Origin: Candidatus Hydrogenedentota bacterium
GTDB lineage: Bacteria > Hydrogenedentota > Hydrogenedentia > Hydrogenedentales > SLHB01
Direction of reading: 5' to 3'
DNA: 64,000 bases
Assembly (NCBI GenBank): GCA_045863295.1
Contig: BTWA01000003.1
Span: 225,888-289,887 of the forward strand
The position numbers were made by a program, and so were the translations under genes. Each line of letters starts with the position of its first letter. Within the stretch, counting starts at the first letter, position 1. Positions 16,369-27,773 of this stretch are shown in pieces. Under the pieces are notes generated by a model that was not told the DNA's origin, did not search any database, and was given only the letters and a program-made list of their open reading frames with translations.

Positions 16369-19300
16369 TTATCGCCACCACTTCATCAATTGAAGCGCGT
16401 TCGCCGTGGTCACGTCAAACGCGAACTCGAACGGTCCGGGCATGGCCGATATCTTAACGAGCAAAGTATTCCGGCCCTGCTTCAGCACGTACGGGACAGC
16501 CTCGGGTGTCAAAGGAAGATGCCGCGACGGCGGGATCGCCTGATGAATCAGGGCCCCGTTCATCCACATCTTGACCGCATTCGGAGTCTTGATGAGCAGG
16601 TCCACTTCGTGGCGCGATGGCGCATGGATCTCCGCATACGCGTAAGCCGTGGCAGGTTCCCACATGCACTCCGGACCAAACGCGGGGAAACACGCCCGGC
16701 GCAAATCGAGGCGGAAACTCTCGTGCTCGGCGGCGTACCACCGCGCCCACGTGACCCGGCCCAGCGGGCCATCGTAAGCGGCATGCAAATCAATACGGTC
16801 TTCCGGACCCAACACGGTTTCGTGTCCATGCACAAACGGACCGGCGACCGACCAAACGCGCACCTTGGTCGCCTCGCGGCGCAACCATTCAATGCCTGTG
16901 CCGGGCAGCGTGGTTTCCTCGAGCGACGGCACGGATCGCCGGGCGAAGTGTTGGAGCATGTTAACGAAGAGCTTGCCGGCCACCGGGTCTTTGACAAGGT
17001 GCTCAAGGATGCGAAGGTGGGTAAACACAAGGCGCCCGGTTCCGAACCGCCTCACCAGGATATGCGTTCCCCAATGCGAACCCGCTTCGAGGGCTACGCG
17101 CGATCCGTCAAACGAACCGCAGATGTCTTCATCGCCCGCTTCCTCGAATGTCCGAAGGGGGACGACATTCGCATAGGGCTGCCGCATGAACGTTCGGTTG
17201 GGCAGCCCCTCGGTAATGGGATGCAGCTTCGCGTAGTGGACGATTCCGGGAGTCACTCCGGCCGCCCATCGGCTAGTTGCCGTGATACCCGTGTCGATGT
17301 GCTCGGCCAAGTCGTTCCAGTCGTCCGGCACACCGAAGAACAGCGTAACGGCCCCGCCATAGGTTTCGGCCAACACTCGGGCCAGTTCTTCTTCGGGATA
17401 GGCGCGAATCGAATTCGCAATCGGGGGCACAATATGAACCGGGGCCTGACTTTCCACGGATTTGACCAGCGCCTGGCAGACGTTTTGCCAATGGCGTGCC
17501 GGATCGACGACGTGAATTATATCCTCATACCGCGTGGCGGGTTGTGTTACGAAGAATTCGGCGGTACCTTCCGCAATGACTTTCATGCCCTGCATGATGC
17601 GCACAGTGAACTGATGCGTCCCGGTGGAACCGGAAGCCGAAATCGATCCGGACCACAACTCCTTGCCGGATTTTGGCAATTTGACGTTTCGCTTCTTCTT
17701 CCACAACACCTGATTGGTCGGTCCGACGACTTGCAACGAGAGGTCTGCACGGATGTCGATCCGATCGTCGTTGATCATGGTCACCTGCACGTCGACTTCG
17801 TCGCGCGGCGTGAGGTTGGTTCGATCCAAATAGATTGCCACGGATACCGGCTTGAGTGCGCGCTGCAAGACCTTGAACACCGGTTTGGGCTTTCCACCCG
17901 CGTCGATAAGGCCCATGCCACTGCCATCGGGGCAATCCCCCAATTCGGCGTACCATACCGAAGCCAGTTTGGGATTGGATCGAAGCGCTTCGATATACGA
18001 TCGAATGGTCTCCGCCTGAATATCGCGAGTCGCCTGGGCCAACCCCGCGGCATCGCCCACTATGCGGTCGAGTTCCCGCTCGGCAATGCTGTCCGGACGC
18101 GAGGAATCCGGCTCCATGGAACCGTACCCCATGGCAATATGGACGGACATGCCTTCCTGTACACCGGCTTGTTGAAGCAGTGATCGTGCCGCGGGGTGGA
18201 CAGGGGCGCGGTGCAGGCCAATGGATTCGACCGCAACTTCGGGCTCGTCGTGAAACGGTCTAAACATACGGGCGCACTCACCGGTCACATGCGCGGCGCG
18301 CTGCACCGGTACCACAATTCGAGTGGGGTCCGCCTCGCGTGCGACGGATCGCACAGCCGCGGCAGCGTGATTCAGCGCGTCGTGGCACGCGGGATTGTAG
18401 GCTGAGGCCGCATCCAAAAAATCCCAGGAAACCACGGAAGGATGATTTCGCGCGCGAACAACGGCGGCGCGGGCAGCGGCCTCGGCGCAGTTTTCTGTGT
18501 GAACACGATCCGCGGATACAGGCACAAACGCCTCATGAAAGATCAGTAGTCCGACTTCATCCGCCGCACGTAACGTATCCAACGACGGGATGCGTTGCGG
18601 AATTCGAATCGCATTGAAACCCGCTTGTTTCGCAAGCGTTAGGTACGCGCGCGCATCATGCAACGGTTGCGGCCTGTACCAGACGCCCTTGACCAGATAG
18701 GGCCGGTTATTGAGAAAGTACCGGTTTTCCTTGATCGTGAATTCCCGCATGCCGAAGCAAACGCAATCCTCGTCCACCGTGGCGCCATCAATCAGGAGTT
18801 GAACTCGCAGCGTATATACGACGGGCGTTTCCGGAGACCAGGATTGGAATTCCGGCAGATCGAGGGACAATGCGCCGGGCGCGCCTTCGGCAGACATGGC
18901 CGTGCCTTCCACGGCAATTCGAACCGTGCCGGGGACAGACGTGGTGATGGTGGCGGTCACTTTCTTGCGCCTGATGTCCGGCATCACCAACACATCGATC
19001 ACGTGTCGGCTTGGCTTTCCACTAAGCACGGCATTGCCCAAAATGGCGGGCGGCGGGTCTTCCTGCGCAAATTGCATCTCGGGGATCTGGGATGAATGGG
19101 TGGTTGGAAGCGCTGCCACCCGCACGGCCAGACTAACTTTGCCCTTGGCCACGTTAGCTGCGAGGATTGCGGTTAGTGGTACGCCAATCCCTTCGCAGGA
19201 TCCGACCTGTAGTCCATTGATCCAGGCGGTTGCGCTTCCATCGATGCCCTCGATGACGAGGAGGGCTGTACGATGGATCCACTCGTCGTCAAGCGTCAAT

Positions 19301-19455
19301 TCTGCGAAATACCACACGATACGGGCGTAGGCAGCCGAACCTTCGTGCGGGCCGGGGGGCTCGGTGTGCCAGTTCGCCGCGAGTCCACGATCGGTGGGAT
19401 CGGGGACAACGCGCCAAGGACTTTCAAATGCCTTTGAGAGACGGAATGCGTTCAT
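16369..19455 (-). CDS. GH2-like multidomain protein (catalytic glutamates apparently absent)
   Basis: WINGLQVG sugar-binding domain, WSPETPVVYTL, FGMREF, FLNNRPY, AGFNAIR, ADEVGLL, RNHPSVVSW; start uncertain (19455 or 19503). Confidence 0.8.
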   Translation of the reverse strand: MNAFRLSKAFESPWRVVPDPTDRGLAANWHTEPPGPHEGSAAYARIVWYFAELTLDDEWIHRTALLVIEGIDGSATAWINGLQVGSCEGIGVPLTAILAANVAKGKVSLAVRVAALPTTHSSQIPEMQFAQEDPPPAILGNAVLSGKPSRHVIDVLVMPDIRRKKVTATITTSVPGTVRIAVEGTAMSAEGAPGALSLDLPEFQSWSPETPVVYTLRVQLLIDGATVDEDCVCFGMREFTIKENRYFLNNRPYLVKGVWYRPQPLHDARAYLTLAKQAGFNAIRIPQRIPSLDTLRAADEVGLLIFHEAFVPVSADRVHTENCAEAAARAAVVRARNHPSVVSWDFLDAASAYNPACHDALNHAAAAVRSVAREADPTRIVVPVQRAAHVTGECARMFRPFHDEPEVAVESIGLHRAPVHPAARSLLQQAGVQEGMSVHIAMGYGSMEPDSSRPDSIAERELDRIVGDAAGLAQATRDIQAETIRSYIEALRSNPKLASVWYAELGDCPDGSGMGLIDAGGKPKPVFKVLQRALKPVSVAIYLDRTNLTPRDEVDVQVTMINDDRIDIRADLSLQVVGPTNQVLWKKKRNVKLPKSGKELWSGSISASGSTGTHQFTVRIMQGMKVIAEGTAEFFVTQPATRYEDIIHVVDPARHWQNVCQALVKSVESQAPVHIVPPIANSIRAYPEEELARVLAETYGGAVTLFFGVPDDWNDLAEHIDTGITATSRWAAGVTPGIVHYAKLHPITEGLPNRTFMRQPYANVVPLRTFEEAGDEDICGSFDGSRVALEAGSHWGTHILVRRFGTGRLVFTHLRILEHLVKDPVAGKLFVNMLQHFARRSVPSLEETTLPGTGIEWLRREATKVRVWSVAGPFVHGHETVLGPEDRIDLHAAYDGPLGRVTWARWYAAEHESFRLDLRRACFPAFGPECMWEPATAYAYAEIHAPSRHEVDLLIKTPNAVKMWMNGALIHQAIPPSRHLPLTPEAVPYVLKQGRNTLLVKISAMPGPFEFAFDVTTANALQLMKWWR

Positions 19456-19537
19456 GCCTGCTTTCGCGCTGATGAAGGGGATGCGATGGATCGTACCGCG
19501 CATGGAGCGGCTGAATCAAGCACTAAAAACCGCTATG

Positions 19538-20050
19538 TCAATACGTTAGCGCGCCGACTAGCAGCATGGCAAAGCCGGCGAATGTTTTGGCGAAAAGTCC
19601 CGCGACCTTGCCCAGAGCCGCGCCGAATCCGGTCCAGGCGGCTTCTTTCAGTTGCTTTTCCATTTGAATGTATTCGTACAAGGTGGCGCCCGCGAATGCG
19701 CCGACCATGGCGCCTATTAGTGTGCCCACGATGGGAAACAGCGGGGAACCGAATACGGCGCCCAGAAGGCAGCCGACCAGCGCAGCCACTATGGAGCCCT
19801 TCCCTCCGCCAAACTTGCTGGCGCCGAAGCCGGCCGCAAGCGTTTCGAGGATTTCGCCAAGGATAGCGAGCGCGAGCATGCCCCCCATTCCGATCCACCC
19901 GAAATGGTCGAACCCGGTGATGGCCCAAAGCGCGGCCATGGCCCCCAAAATGATCCAATTGCCAAACAGGCCAAGCAAATCGAGCAGGATTCCGATTAGA
20001 ATAGCCAGACCAAATGTCGTCCAACCGAGGATGGCGAGCGCGATACTCAT
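19538..20050 (-). CDS. DUF456 family membrane protein
   Basis: Gly-rich hydrophobic helices, GASKFGGGK, GAMVGAFAGATLYE, GFGAALG. Confidence 0.85.
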   Translation of the reverse strand: MSIALAILGWTTFGLAILIGILLDLLGLFGNWIILGAMAALWAITGFDHFGWIGMGGMLALAILGEILETLAAGFGASKFGGGKGSIVAALVGCLLGAVFGSPLFPIVGTLIGAMVGAFAGATLYEYIQMEKQLKEAAWTGFGAALGKVAGLFAKTFAGFAMLLVGALTY

Positions 20051-20158
20051 GAGGCGTACAACCTTGTCGATGAGGCGCGGGACGCAGCCCGGTACCCGCG
20101 CCGTGGAGTGACGGCACTCTAGCAAAGTCGGCGGACCGAATTCCAAGAAAGTACTTTG

Positions 20159-21316
20159 ATGAACTGCACGACACAAGCAATTTGGAGCGGCGGAGCGTGG
20201 ATTTTGGCGGGCTTAATGGCCTTCACCACGGATTTGACCGTGGACGAAATCTCCTTTCCCGGAATTGACGCCTTGCCTGTCCTGGAAATATTGCCGGATC
20301 CGCTAATGCTGGATGGCAAGAAGGTTACGAGTGCTGAGGAGTGGAGTCGCCACCGAGAGCATCTTCGATCCTTGATGTTGCACTATGAATACGGACAAAT
20401 CCCACCGCCTCCGGAATCGTTGACAGTGGAACCCCAGGACGAAGAGGTTGCGCTGGAGGGCAAGGCGTTGTTGCGGCGGTTCACGTTGCGACTGGGACCG
20501 GATGGGAGCGTTCCGGTGGAATGCGGCTACTATCTTCCTGCAAGCGGCCGCGGCCCGTTTCCGGTGATTGTCGCGGTTGATCCGGTTTTTGACGTTCATG
20601 TACGTCCGATTGCCGAGCAGGTGACTGGCCGGGGATTTGCATTTGCGGGCTTTCGGTATCTTGATGTGGCACGGGACGAACCGCAGCGGGATTCGGGCGT
20701 TTATGCGGCATACCCCAATTTTGATTGGGGCACGATCGCGGCGTGGGCGTGGGGATGTTCGCGCCTGATAGATCACCTTGTCACCATTGATTCAATCGAC
20801 CCGGAGCGCATTGTTGTCACGGGACATTCGCGCTGCGGCAAGGCTGCACTGCTATGCGGCGCCTTGGACGAACGGGTGGCCGTGACGGCACCCCACTGTT
20901 CCGGGGAAGGCGGCACGGGATCGCATAGGATTCAAGGGCCAGGCGCGGAATCCCTTGATGCGATTACGGATCCCCAGCGATTTCACTATTGGTTTCACCC
21001 GAGGCTGCGTGAGTTCGCATCAAATCCGCGTAAGCTGCCCTTTGACCAGCATTTCGTAATGGCCATGATAGCGCCGCGCGCGCTTGTGTGCGTGGAAGCG
21101 GACGAGGACCGATGGGCCAATCCGTCGGGAGCGCGAATTATGGCCCAATCAGCAATGCCTGTATACGACTTGTTTGGAGCAAGGGAAAAGCTGGGGTATT
21201 ACTTGCGAAAGGGAACACACGACCCGACGGCTGAATCGTGGCAGGCGATCATGGATTTTGGGGAATGTGTATTTCAGGGAAAAACGATTCCACCCGCCTA
21301 TCGCGTAACCGAGTAA
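20159..21316 (+). CDS. CE15 glucuronoyl-esterase-like alpha/beta hydrolase
   Basis: LPDPL, WGTIAAWAWG, nucleophile motif GHSRCGK, LPFDQH, IAPR, DRWANP. Confidence 0.88.
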   Translation: MNCTTQAIWSGGAWILAGLMAFTTDLTVDEISFPGIDALPVLEILPDPLMLDGKKVTSAEEWSRHREHLRSLMLHYEYGQIPPPPESLTVEPQDEEVALEGKALLRRFTLRLGPDGSVPVECGYYLPASGRGPFPVIVAVDPVFDVHVRPIAEQVTGRGFAFAGFRYLDVARDEPQRDSGVYAAYPNFDWGTIAAWAWGCSRLIDHLVTIDSIDPERIVVTGHSRCGKAALLCGALDERVAVTAPHCSGEGGTGSHRIQGPGAESLDAITDPQRFHYWFHPRLREFASNPRKLPFDQHFVMAMIAPRALVCVEADEDRWANPSGARIMAQSAMPVYDLFGAREKLGYYLRKGTHDPTAESWQAIMDFGECVFQGKTIPPAYRVTE

Positions 21317-21322
21317 GTTGGA

Positions 21323-22249
21323 TCAGATACCATCGAACGGTTTTCCGTATCGTCCCAACGTGCGAGCACTATCGATGGACATGGGAAATCGTGTGGCGGG
21401 ATACCGAACGAACGAACAATGTCCATCCAGATACAGGACATTGCCGCCACCGGGAACATGCGAAAAATCGATGACCTTGGTAGTCGCATGGTCCCACATC
21501 AGGGGAATGGTACTGGCGGCGGAGGTAGCTGCGGCTGCTGCATTGATGTTGGTGATAAGAAATCGTTCGATTCCTTCACGCAGCCTGAAGATGACGTTGC
21601 CGCCGCCGGCCTGGGTGCCGGCATGGACACTGGAAACCCGGAAATCCTCGTCGCTCGCGCGGCCGCCGGTGGCCACGTTGGCCAGGGCCAATTCTCCCCA
21701 GGGCGTGGAGAGAAACTCCGGTTCTTCGTGGCGGCCGTTGATGCCGGTACCTACCGTGCCGGTAAGCGGCCCGAGGATATTGATGTCGGCGGTGATCATG
21801 TACCCGGTGTAGTGATACGGCTCCTGCCCGATTTCTTCCGGCGTAATGACCCCGTCACCATTGCCTTTGCCCACGTCGTAGCGCTCGAGCATGTCGTTGG
21901 TGGCGGCCCAGGAAGGGCACCAGATAACGTTGTAGTCGTTCACGTATTCGGGAAACATGGCAGGGCCGTTGAACATCATCTCCACGCTGAGGTTTCCGAA
22001 CACATTTCGAATTTGCCGCTGGGGGTACTTTCCCCGGCTCTCGCCGGCGTACATGGCAAGAGACAATCCGAGTTGTTTCAAGTTGCTTTGGCACGATGCG
22101 CGGCGAGCGGCTTCCCGGGCACGGGCCAACGCAGGCAGAAGTATGGCGGCCAGAATTCCGATGATCGCTATGACCACGAGCAGTTCTATAAGGGTAAATC
22201 CACCGCGCTTCTTCAGAGTGCTTCTTTCGAATTGAGCTCGCACTTGCAT
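21323..22249 (-). CDS. Second DUF1559 / H-X9-DG prepilin-type protein
   Basis: [61 protein letters not shown] overlaps the upstream TAA (TAATG). Confidence 0.92.
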   Translation of the reverse strand: MQVRAQFERSTLKKRGGFTLIELLVVIAIIGILAAILLPALARAREAARRASCQSNLKQLGLSLAMYAGESRGKYPQRQIRNVFGNLSVEMMFNGPAMFPEYVNDYNVIWCPSWAATNDMLERYDVGKGNGDGVITPEEIGQEPYHYTGYMITADINILGPLTGTVGTGINGRHEEPEFLSTPWGELALANVATGGRASDEDFRVSSVHAGTQAGGGNVIFRLREGIERFLITNINAAAAATSAASTIPLMWDHATTKVIDFSHVPGGGNVLYLDGHCSFVRYPATRFPMSIDSARTLGRYGKPFDGI

Positions 22250-24903
22250 TAGTCGTCGTCCTCTTCGTCCCTGTCGGCAACCGCCCACGCTTCGCCCTTC
22301 GCAATAGGTCTTCTCGTCAATTGCGGATAGGGCGTATCGTATCCCTTCACGGAATGCCATATGACACGATTGAAGGTAGCCTCATCCGCACGGTCGATAT
22401 CGTCGAGAGGCATTTCGTTGGAGACCTTGGCCCAGTGCCGCTGTTTGCCTTTCAGGGACGACAAAGCTGGGTTCATTTCGTCGAGGGGAATTGTGTTTGG
22501 TTTGGCTACATACGGTGTGAGATCAGGCGTATCCGTAAAGCAGCCGGACATGGGATTGGCCGCCATGTTCAGTTGATTCATGGGATCGAGTCCCAAAATG
22601 AGTTCCATGGTGCGCAACATGCTGTTCTGATTGTAGTGAGTGCTGTCCACGGAGCGTCTCTTAGTATACGGGCTGATGCAAAGGGCGACAGTCCGGTGTC
22701 CATCGACATGATCAAGTCCGGCTTGAGGGTCATCCTGGACAACGAAAATGGCTGTCTCCGGCCAGAAGCGGCTGTGGGAGACGGCCTCCACGATACGCCC
22801 GAGGGCGAGATCGTTGTCCGCGACCGCGGCGCGCGGCGTGGGCATGCCAGGACGTGTTCCGGATGTATGGTCATTGGGAAGCAACATGATCACGAAGTTG
22901 TACCACTCGCCTTTTTCCTCGCATGCGCGAAACTCCTTGAGAAACTCCTCTGCGCGATACACGTCCTGCACTTTACCTGGAAAACCGATGAACGTGGGGC
23001 AAATGTAGGGTTCAAGGCCGCGCACTTCGGTGGTCGCTCGTATGTCGATGGTTTTTTGTCCGTTCTTGTAGTCCCGGTAGATGTCGGTCCACGTGGCGTC
23101 ATTGGGCGTAATGTGCGCTTTAACCATTTCGCCGTAGTTTCGAAACGTAAGGCCTTTCGCCAATACGTGGTCCCAGATAAAGCCGGAGGACGCATAGGCC
23201 AATGCGTCATCGCCATCATAGGGGTAGCTGCGGGTAAATCCGCCAAAGCTTTTTTCGATGTAGTCGGTAACATAGCCTTCGTTGGTCCACTGATGACCGT
23301 CCGCACTCAATACGCCGTTACAGTAGAAATTATCCAGCAACACGAACTCCTCGGCGAGGGCATGGTGATTGGGCGTGACGTCCCGGCCGAAATGACAGAA
23401 CTGGGGATCGCCATTGCCCTGGGGCATATCACCGAACACCTGGTCGTAGGTCCGGTTCTCTTTGATGATGTACAAGACGTGTTTGATAGGAGATACTTCG
23501 CCCGGTCGTGACGGCACGGGAGTTACCGCCGCCGGAGCCTCTTTCATAGTGAGAATTCGATTCATCAAAGGCAAACGCATGTTGACCGCGGTTTGATAGG
23601 TAAACTCTTCGAGTTCGGAATCGCCGGGCACGGGAATGAAGGAGACAGACCCCATGTGCTCGTGGCTGTTGAACCCGCCCGGGGCCATGGGTTTGCCGAG
23701 GTGCTCGCTCAGTTGTTTGGTTACCTCCGAGTCGTCTTGTGCCCGGCTTCCCACGCCCTTGGTGTTGGCAACACAAAGCGTCGCGCCATCGCCCAACAGG
23801 CAAACGTCACCCGGGTACCATCCCGTGGGGATGAGACCGCGAACGCGCCCGTTGGCCGTGTCCAGAACGGCAATGCAGTTGTTGCCGCCGTTGGCTACAT
23901 ACAGGGTCTTACCGTCAGCAGATGCGGCAAGGGCGTTGGGGGCGCTGCCGAACGGCAGCGTATGCATTGGCTTCACTCCCCACCGATCCGTGACGGCGTG
24001 AGAGGCAAGGTCAACCACAGAAACCGTATCGCTGTTCGCATTGGCTACAAAGAGACGCTTTCGATCCGGGGACAATCCCATGCCGCTGGGATGAAGATCG
24101 ACCTCGATTTCGGCGGTTACCTGCCGCGTTTCCAAATCAATCACGGATACAGTGCCCGAACTTGCTATCCCCGCTTCATCGATAACCACTTCACTGCCGG
24201 ACGATGGTCCCGTCAAGTCACCCGGCTTGGGCCTTCGGCCGCCCCAGTTGGTGACGTAGGCCCGGCTTCCATTCAGGAGCACATCAAAGGGCGCGATCCC
24301 GACCGGGATCGCGGCCTCGATCTTTCGAGCGGCCAGATTCACGACGACAATATCGTTGTTACGGCTTCGTGTGACATAAGCGATGTCATTGATCTCATCC
24401 AGGGCTATGCCCCCGGGGGTGGAGTTGTCGTCGCCCTTGGGACCCGGGAGTTCGATGGTCTCAACCCATGCCCACTTCCCAGTGGCATCCTGCTTTGCGC
24501 CGTACAGAAACTTTGACGCTGAAGTCGTCCAGACGATACCGGCCGCGCTCCAAGCGATTCCTCGGAAGCTGTTGCCTCCCTCAGGCAGTTTCAGCGTTTG
24601 GGTGACTTTCCGGGTTGAGGTATCGATGAATACAAGGTCGAGCCTGCCTTTGACCGCCACCGCGGAACCGTCCGGGCTGAGTGCGATTCCCGTTGGCCGG
24701 CCTGAAAACAACACGGTTTCGCCCGCGGGAGCAATCCGTTGGGTAGTGGGAACGACGTAGGTCCCGTCGTCGGCGGGGCCTACGACGGCCTTAACAAGGA
24801 ATTCATCGGGACCCTCTCGCAGAGCCGACTGGACACCACGCGGTTCTCGCGACGTGACACACCCCGTAATAATCAACAATCCGACAACCATAAGTTTTCG
24901 CAT
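22249..24903 (-). CDS. Lipoprotein with YVTN/YncE beta-propeller and phosphoesterase (alkaline-phosphatase superfamily) domain
   Basis: Lipobox [25 protein letters not shown] repeats; [34 protein letters not shown]. Confidence 0.88.
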   Translation of the reverse strand: MRKLMVVGLLIITGCVTSREPRGVQSALREGPDEFLVKAVVGPADDGTYVVPTTQRIAPAGETVLFSGRPTGIALSPDGSAVAVKGRLDLVFIDTSTRKVTQTLKLPEGGNSFRGIAWSAAGIVWTTSASKFLYGAKQDATGKWAWVETIELPGPKGDDNSTPGGIALDEINDIAYVTRSRNNDIVVVNLAARKIEAAIPVGIAPFDVLLNGSRAYVTNWGGRRPKPGDLTGPSSGSEVVIDEAGIASSGTVSVIDLETRQVTAEIEVDLHPSGMGLSPDRKRLFVANANSDTVSVVDLASHAVTDRWGVKPMHTLPFGSAPNALAASADGKTLYVANGGNNCIAVLDTANGRVRGLIPTGWYPGDVCLLGDGATLCVANTKGVGSRAQDDSEVTKQLSEHLGKPMAPGGFNSHEHMGSVSFIPVPGDSELEEFTYQTAVNMRLPLMNRILTMKEAPAAVTPVPSRPGEVSPIKHVLYIIKENRTYDQVFGDMPQGNGDPQFCHFGRDVTPNHHALAEEFVLLDNFYCNGVLSADGHQWTNEGYVTDYIEKSFGGFTRSYPYDGDDALAYASSGFIWDHVLAKGLTFRNYGEMVKAHITPNDATWTDIYRDYKNGQKTIDIRATTEVRGLEPYICPTFIGFPGKVQDVYRAEEFLKEFRACEEKGEWYNFVIMLLPNDHTSGTRPGMPTPRAAVADNDLALGRIVEAVSHSRFWPETAIFVVQDDPQAGLDHVDGHRTVALCISPYTKRRSVDSTHYNQNSMLRTMELILGLDPMNQLNMAANPMSGCFTDTPDLTPYVAKPNTIPLDEMNPALSSLKGKQRHWAKVSNEMPLDDIDRADEATFNRVIWHSVKGYDTPYPQLTRRPIAKGEAWAVADRDEEDDD

Positions 24904-25083
24904 ATTGGTCTCCCCCCGGGGTATCCAGCCCGCTTTCCGCCCTTACCGGCATCCGGTTTACAGGACTTCCGGACAATTATCAATAGGAATTGTTTACTCC
25001 GCGTCAGGGGACTTGGGGATTTCGCCATTGTGCGTTTGTTCAGTATACTGGCCGTTTCGGTAACTGGCATGAAAGGGAGCGGT

Positions 25084-26889
25084 ATGGCCAAGACGAAACG
25101 AATTCCGAAACGGTCCGAAGTACGCGAGAGCGACACGTGGGATCTTTCTGTCTTATTTAAGAATGATGAGGACTGGCACAAGGCACTCAAGAAGCAGGAA
25201 AAGAAAGTACCGCACTTCGAGAAGTTTCGCGGCCGGCTTGGCGAGTCCCCCAACAAATTGCGGGAATGTTACCAGTTTGAAGCCCAATTCGATCTCGAAA
25301 TGGAACGGATAGGCCATTACGCATTCTTGAAAGCCTCTGAGGATGTTTCAAACAGCACCTATCAGGGAATGGTCGCCCAGTACCGGCATCTGGCGACGGT
25401 GGCCTCGGAAGCGGCGAGCTTTATCGCTCCTGAGATTCAGCAGATTCCGGACAAGACCATGGCCGATTACCTGAAGTCAAAGGCACTGCAGGAATACCGG
25501 TTCTCGCTGGAGCGTCTCTTGCGTTACAAACCGCACATTCTGTCCGATAAGGAGGAGCGCCTCCTGGCGATGCAAGGCGAAGTGGCAGGTACGGCCGGGA
25601 AGGTGTTTGGGCAATTGAACGACGCCGACTTGAAATTCGGATTCGTGAAAGATGAGCACGGCAACAAGGTTGAGCTGACGCACAGTTCCTACCGCGTTTT
25701 GCTGGAGTCTCGCAAGCGATCGGTGCGCAAGGAAGCGTTCCACAAGCTGTACGATTCCTATGAGCAGCACGCCAACACGCTTTCGGCGACGTTAAGCTCC
25801 TCTGTGTTGCAGGACGTGTATTACTCCAAAGTGCGGAATCACGGATCCGCGCTTCAATCGGCGCTGTTTGGCGACAATGTTCCGGTTGCGGTTTACGACA
25901 ATTTGATCGCAACCGTGCATAAAAACCTGGATACGGTGTATCGCTATCTCGATTTGCGGCGGCGCGCGCTCAAGTTGAAGAAACTTCACGTTTACGACAC
26001 GTATGTGCCGATAGTCGAGTTGAAGAGCGTGAAGACGCCTTACGAAAAGGCGGCCAGCCAGGTCTGTGATGCGCTGGCTCCGCTTGGGGACGAGTATGTA
26101 AAGGTACTTCGCAAAGGTCTTGGCGAGGCGCGCTGGGTGGATCGGTACGAAAACACGGGCAAGCGCAGCGGGGCCTTTTCCGCCGGCGGCTACGAAGGTC
26201 CCCCGTATATCTTGATGAACTACGAAGAGAGCACGATTGACAGCATGTTTACGCTGGCCCATGAAGCCGGGCATTCGATGCACACGTATTACAGTGCGCA
26301 CAATCAGCCGTTTCACTACTACGATTACACAATCTTTGTGGCGGAGGTGGCATCCACGTTCAATGAGCTGCTGCTGAACAAACACTTAAAACAGCAGATC
26401 AAGCACAAGGACATGCTGGCGTTTCTTTTGTGCCGCGAAATTGATGAGATCCGGGGCACACTGGTTCGCCAGACGATGTTCGCGGAATTTGAGAAAGTGC
26501 TTCATGGAATTGCCGAACAAGGGGAGCCGCTGACTCTGGCGAGAATTCGCGAGGAGTATGGGGCACTTTTGCTGCGTTATTTTGGATCGGCAATGGTAAT
26601 CGACGAAGCCCTGACGCTTGAGGGTCTTCGGATTCCGCATTTCTACAATGCGTTTTATGTCTACAAGTACGCAACGGGAATTTCAGCGGCCATCGCGCTT
26701 TCGCGCAAAGTGTTGGAGGGCGGCAAGGCGGAACGGGATGCGTACCTTCGCTTCTTGAAAGGCGGCGGTTCCAAATATCCACTGGATCTGTTGCGCGACG
26801 CGGGAGTGGATATGTCGCAACCGGAGCCCATCGAAGCGGCCATGACCCACTTCGGAAACCTGGTGTCGCAACTGGAATCGATACTCTGA
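25084..26889 (+). CDS. pepF: Oligoendopeptidase F (peptidase M3B)
   Basis: TWDLS, GKRSGAFS, TLAHEAGHSMH, FVAEVAST, RQTMFAEFE, RIPHFY. Confidence 0.95.
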   Translation: MAKTKRIPKRSEVRESDTWDLSVLFKNDEDWHKALKKQEKKVPHFEKFRGRLGESPNKLRECYQFEAQFDLEMERIGHYAFLKASEDVSNSTYQGMVAQYRHLATVASEAASFIAPEIQQIPDKTMADYLKSKALQEYRFSLERLLRYKPHILSDKEERLLAMQGEVAGTAGKVFGQLNDADLKFGFVKDEHGNKVELTHSSYRVLLESRKRSVRKEAFHKLYDSYEQHANTLSATLSSSVLQDVYYSKVRNHGSALQSALFGDNVPVAVYDNLIATVHKNLDTVYRYLDLRRRALKLKKLHVYDTYVPIVELKSVKTPYEKAASQVCDALAPLGDEYVKVLRKGLGEARWVDRYENTGKRSGAFSAGGYEGPPYILMNYEESTIDSMFTLAHEAGHSMHTYYSAHNQPFHYYDYTIFVAEVASTFNELLLNKHLKQQIKHKDMLAFLLCREIDEIRGTLVRQTMFAEFEKVLHGIAEQGEPLTLARIREEYGALLLRYFGSAMVIDEALTLEGLRIPHFYNAFYVYKYATGISAAIALSRKVLEGGKAERDAYLRFLKGGGSKYPLDLLRDAGVDMSQPEPIEAAMTHFGNLVSQLESIL

Positions 26890-27740
26890 TGGAACGTGCT
26901 CCCCTTTTGGTGTCTGCCCCTGATTCGCTGCAATTGATCTGCAGTGACGTATGGGGCGGCATCGATCGAGCGCGGCTGGATGTGAAAGCGCCTGGCCTGA
27001 ACGGGTTGATTTATGCCCATCCCAGTGGATCCCACAGGGGCGGTGATGTGTACTACCTTACGGCCTGCAGTGCAGGGCTGATGGCCCGGATGTGTCTTGC
27101 CGACGTGGCCGGACACGGCGAACAGGTATCCGATTTCAGCACGTGGCTTCACAATGTGTTGAGGCGGCACATGAACCTACCGAAGCCGGACAAGATTCTG
27201 CAGCGTGTAAACCGTCTGGTAAACGCCAAGGGCGTGGAGGTCATGTCGACCGCGGCCGTGTTTACGTACTATGCGACCAACGGGACTCTGAATTTCGGGT
27301 ACGCCGGCCACCCGCACGCGCTGGTCTATCGCGCCGATCGCGCGGTCTGGGAGGCGCTGAAAGCGCCGGCGTCGGAATCCGATTCACCGCGCAACGTAAC
27401 ATTCGGCGTCATCGAGGATGTCCACTACGATTTGGGATCGGTGAAGTTAAGCGAAGGCGATCGCTTCATCGTGTATTCGGACGGCGTGACCGAATCCATG
27501 AGCCCTGATCATCGTGTATTCGGCGACGAAGCATTGCTGAAGGTGCTGAGCCTGAACGCACGCGCGAGCAACCGGGAACTGGGCGATCGAATAGTGGAGG
27601 CGCTCTGCGCCCACACGGAGAGCGCGGAACCTTCGCATGACGACGTAACATTCATGTTATTCGAGGTGGCACACCTCATGCGGGGATCGAAAACGTATCA
27701 CTTTATGAAGAATCGGGTTCGCAAGGCGTTGCGCCACTGA
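26889..27740 (+). CDS. Stand-alone PP2C/SpoIIE (RsbU-like) Ser/Thr phosphatase
   Basis: GGDVY, ADVAGHG, AGHP, YSDGVTE, HDDVT; TGATG overlap with pepF. Confidence 0.9.
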   Translation: MERAPLLVSAPDSLQLICSDVWGGIDRARLDVKAPGLNGLIYAHPSGSHRGGDVYYLTACSAGLMARMCLADVAGHGEQVSDFSTWLHNVLRRHMNLPKPDKILQRVNRLVNAKGVEVMSTAAVFTYYATNGTLNFGYAGHPHALVYRADRAVWEALKAPASESDSPRNVTFGVIEDVHYDLGSVKLSEGDRFIVYSDGVTESMSPDHRVFGDEALLKVLSLNARASNRELGDRIVEALCAHTESAEPSHDDVTFMLFEVAHLMRGSKTYHFMKNRVRKALRH

Positions 27741-27773
27741 CGGCGGGACGCCCATAACATCCGGGAGATTGGT

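Noticed and set aside
15226..18183. 985-aa plus-strand ORF
   Set aside because: Antisense to the oxidoreductase and GH2-like genes; no motifs; typical stop-poor shadow frame of GC-rich genes
24739..25083. 115-aa N-terminal extension of pepF in the ORF track
   Set aside because: Overlaps the divergent lipoprotein gene; SD GGGAG precedes ATG 25084 and family similarity starts there
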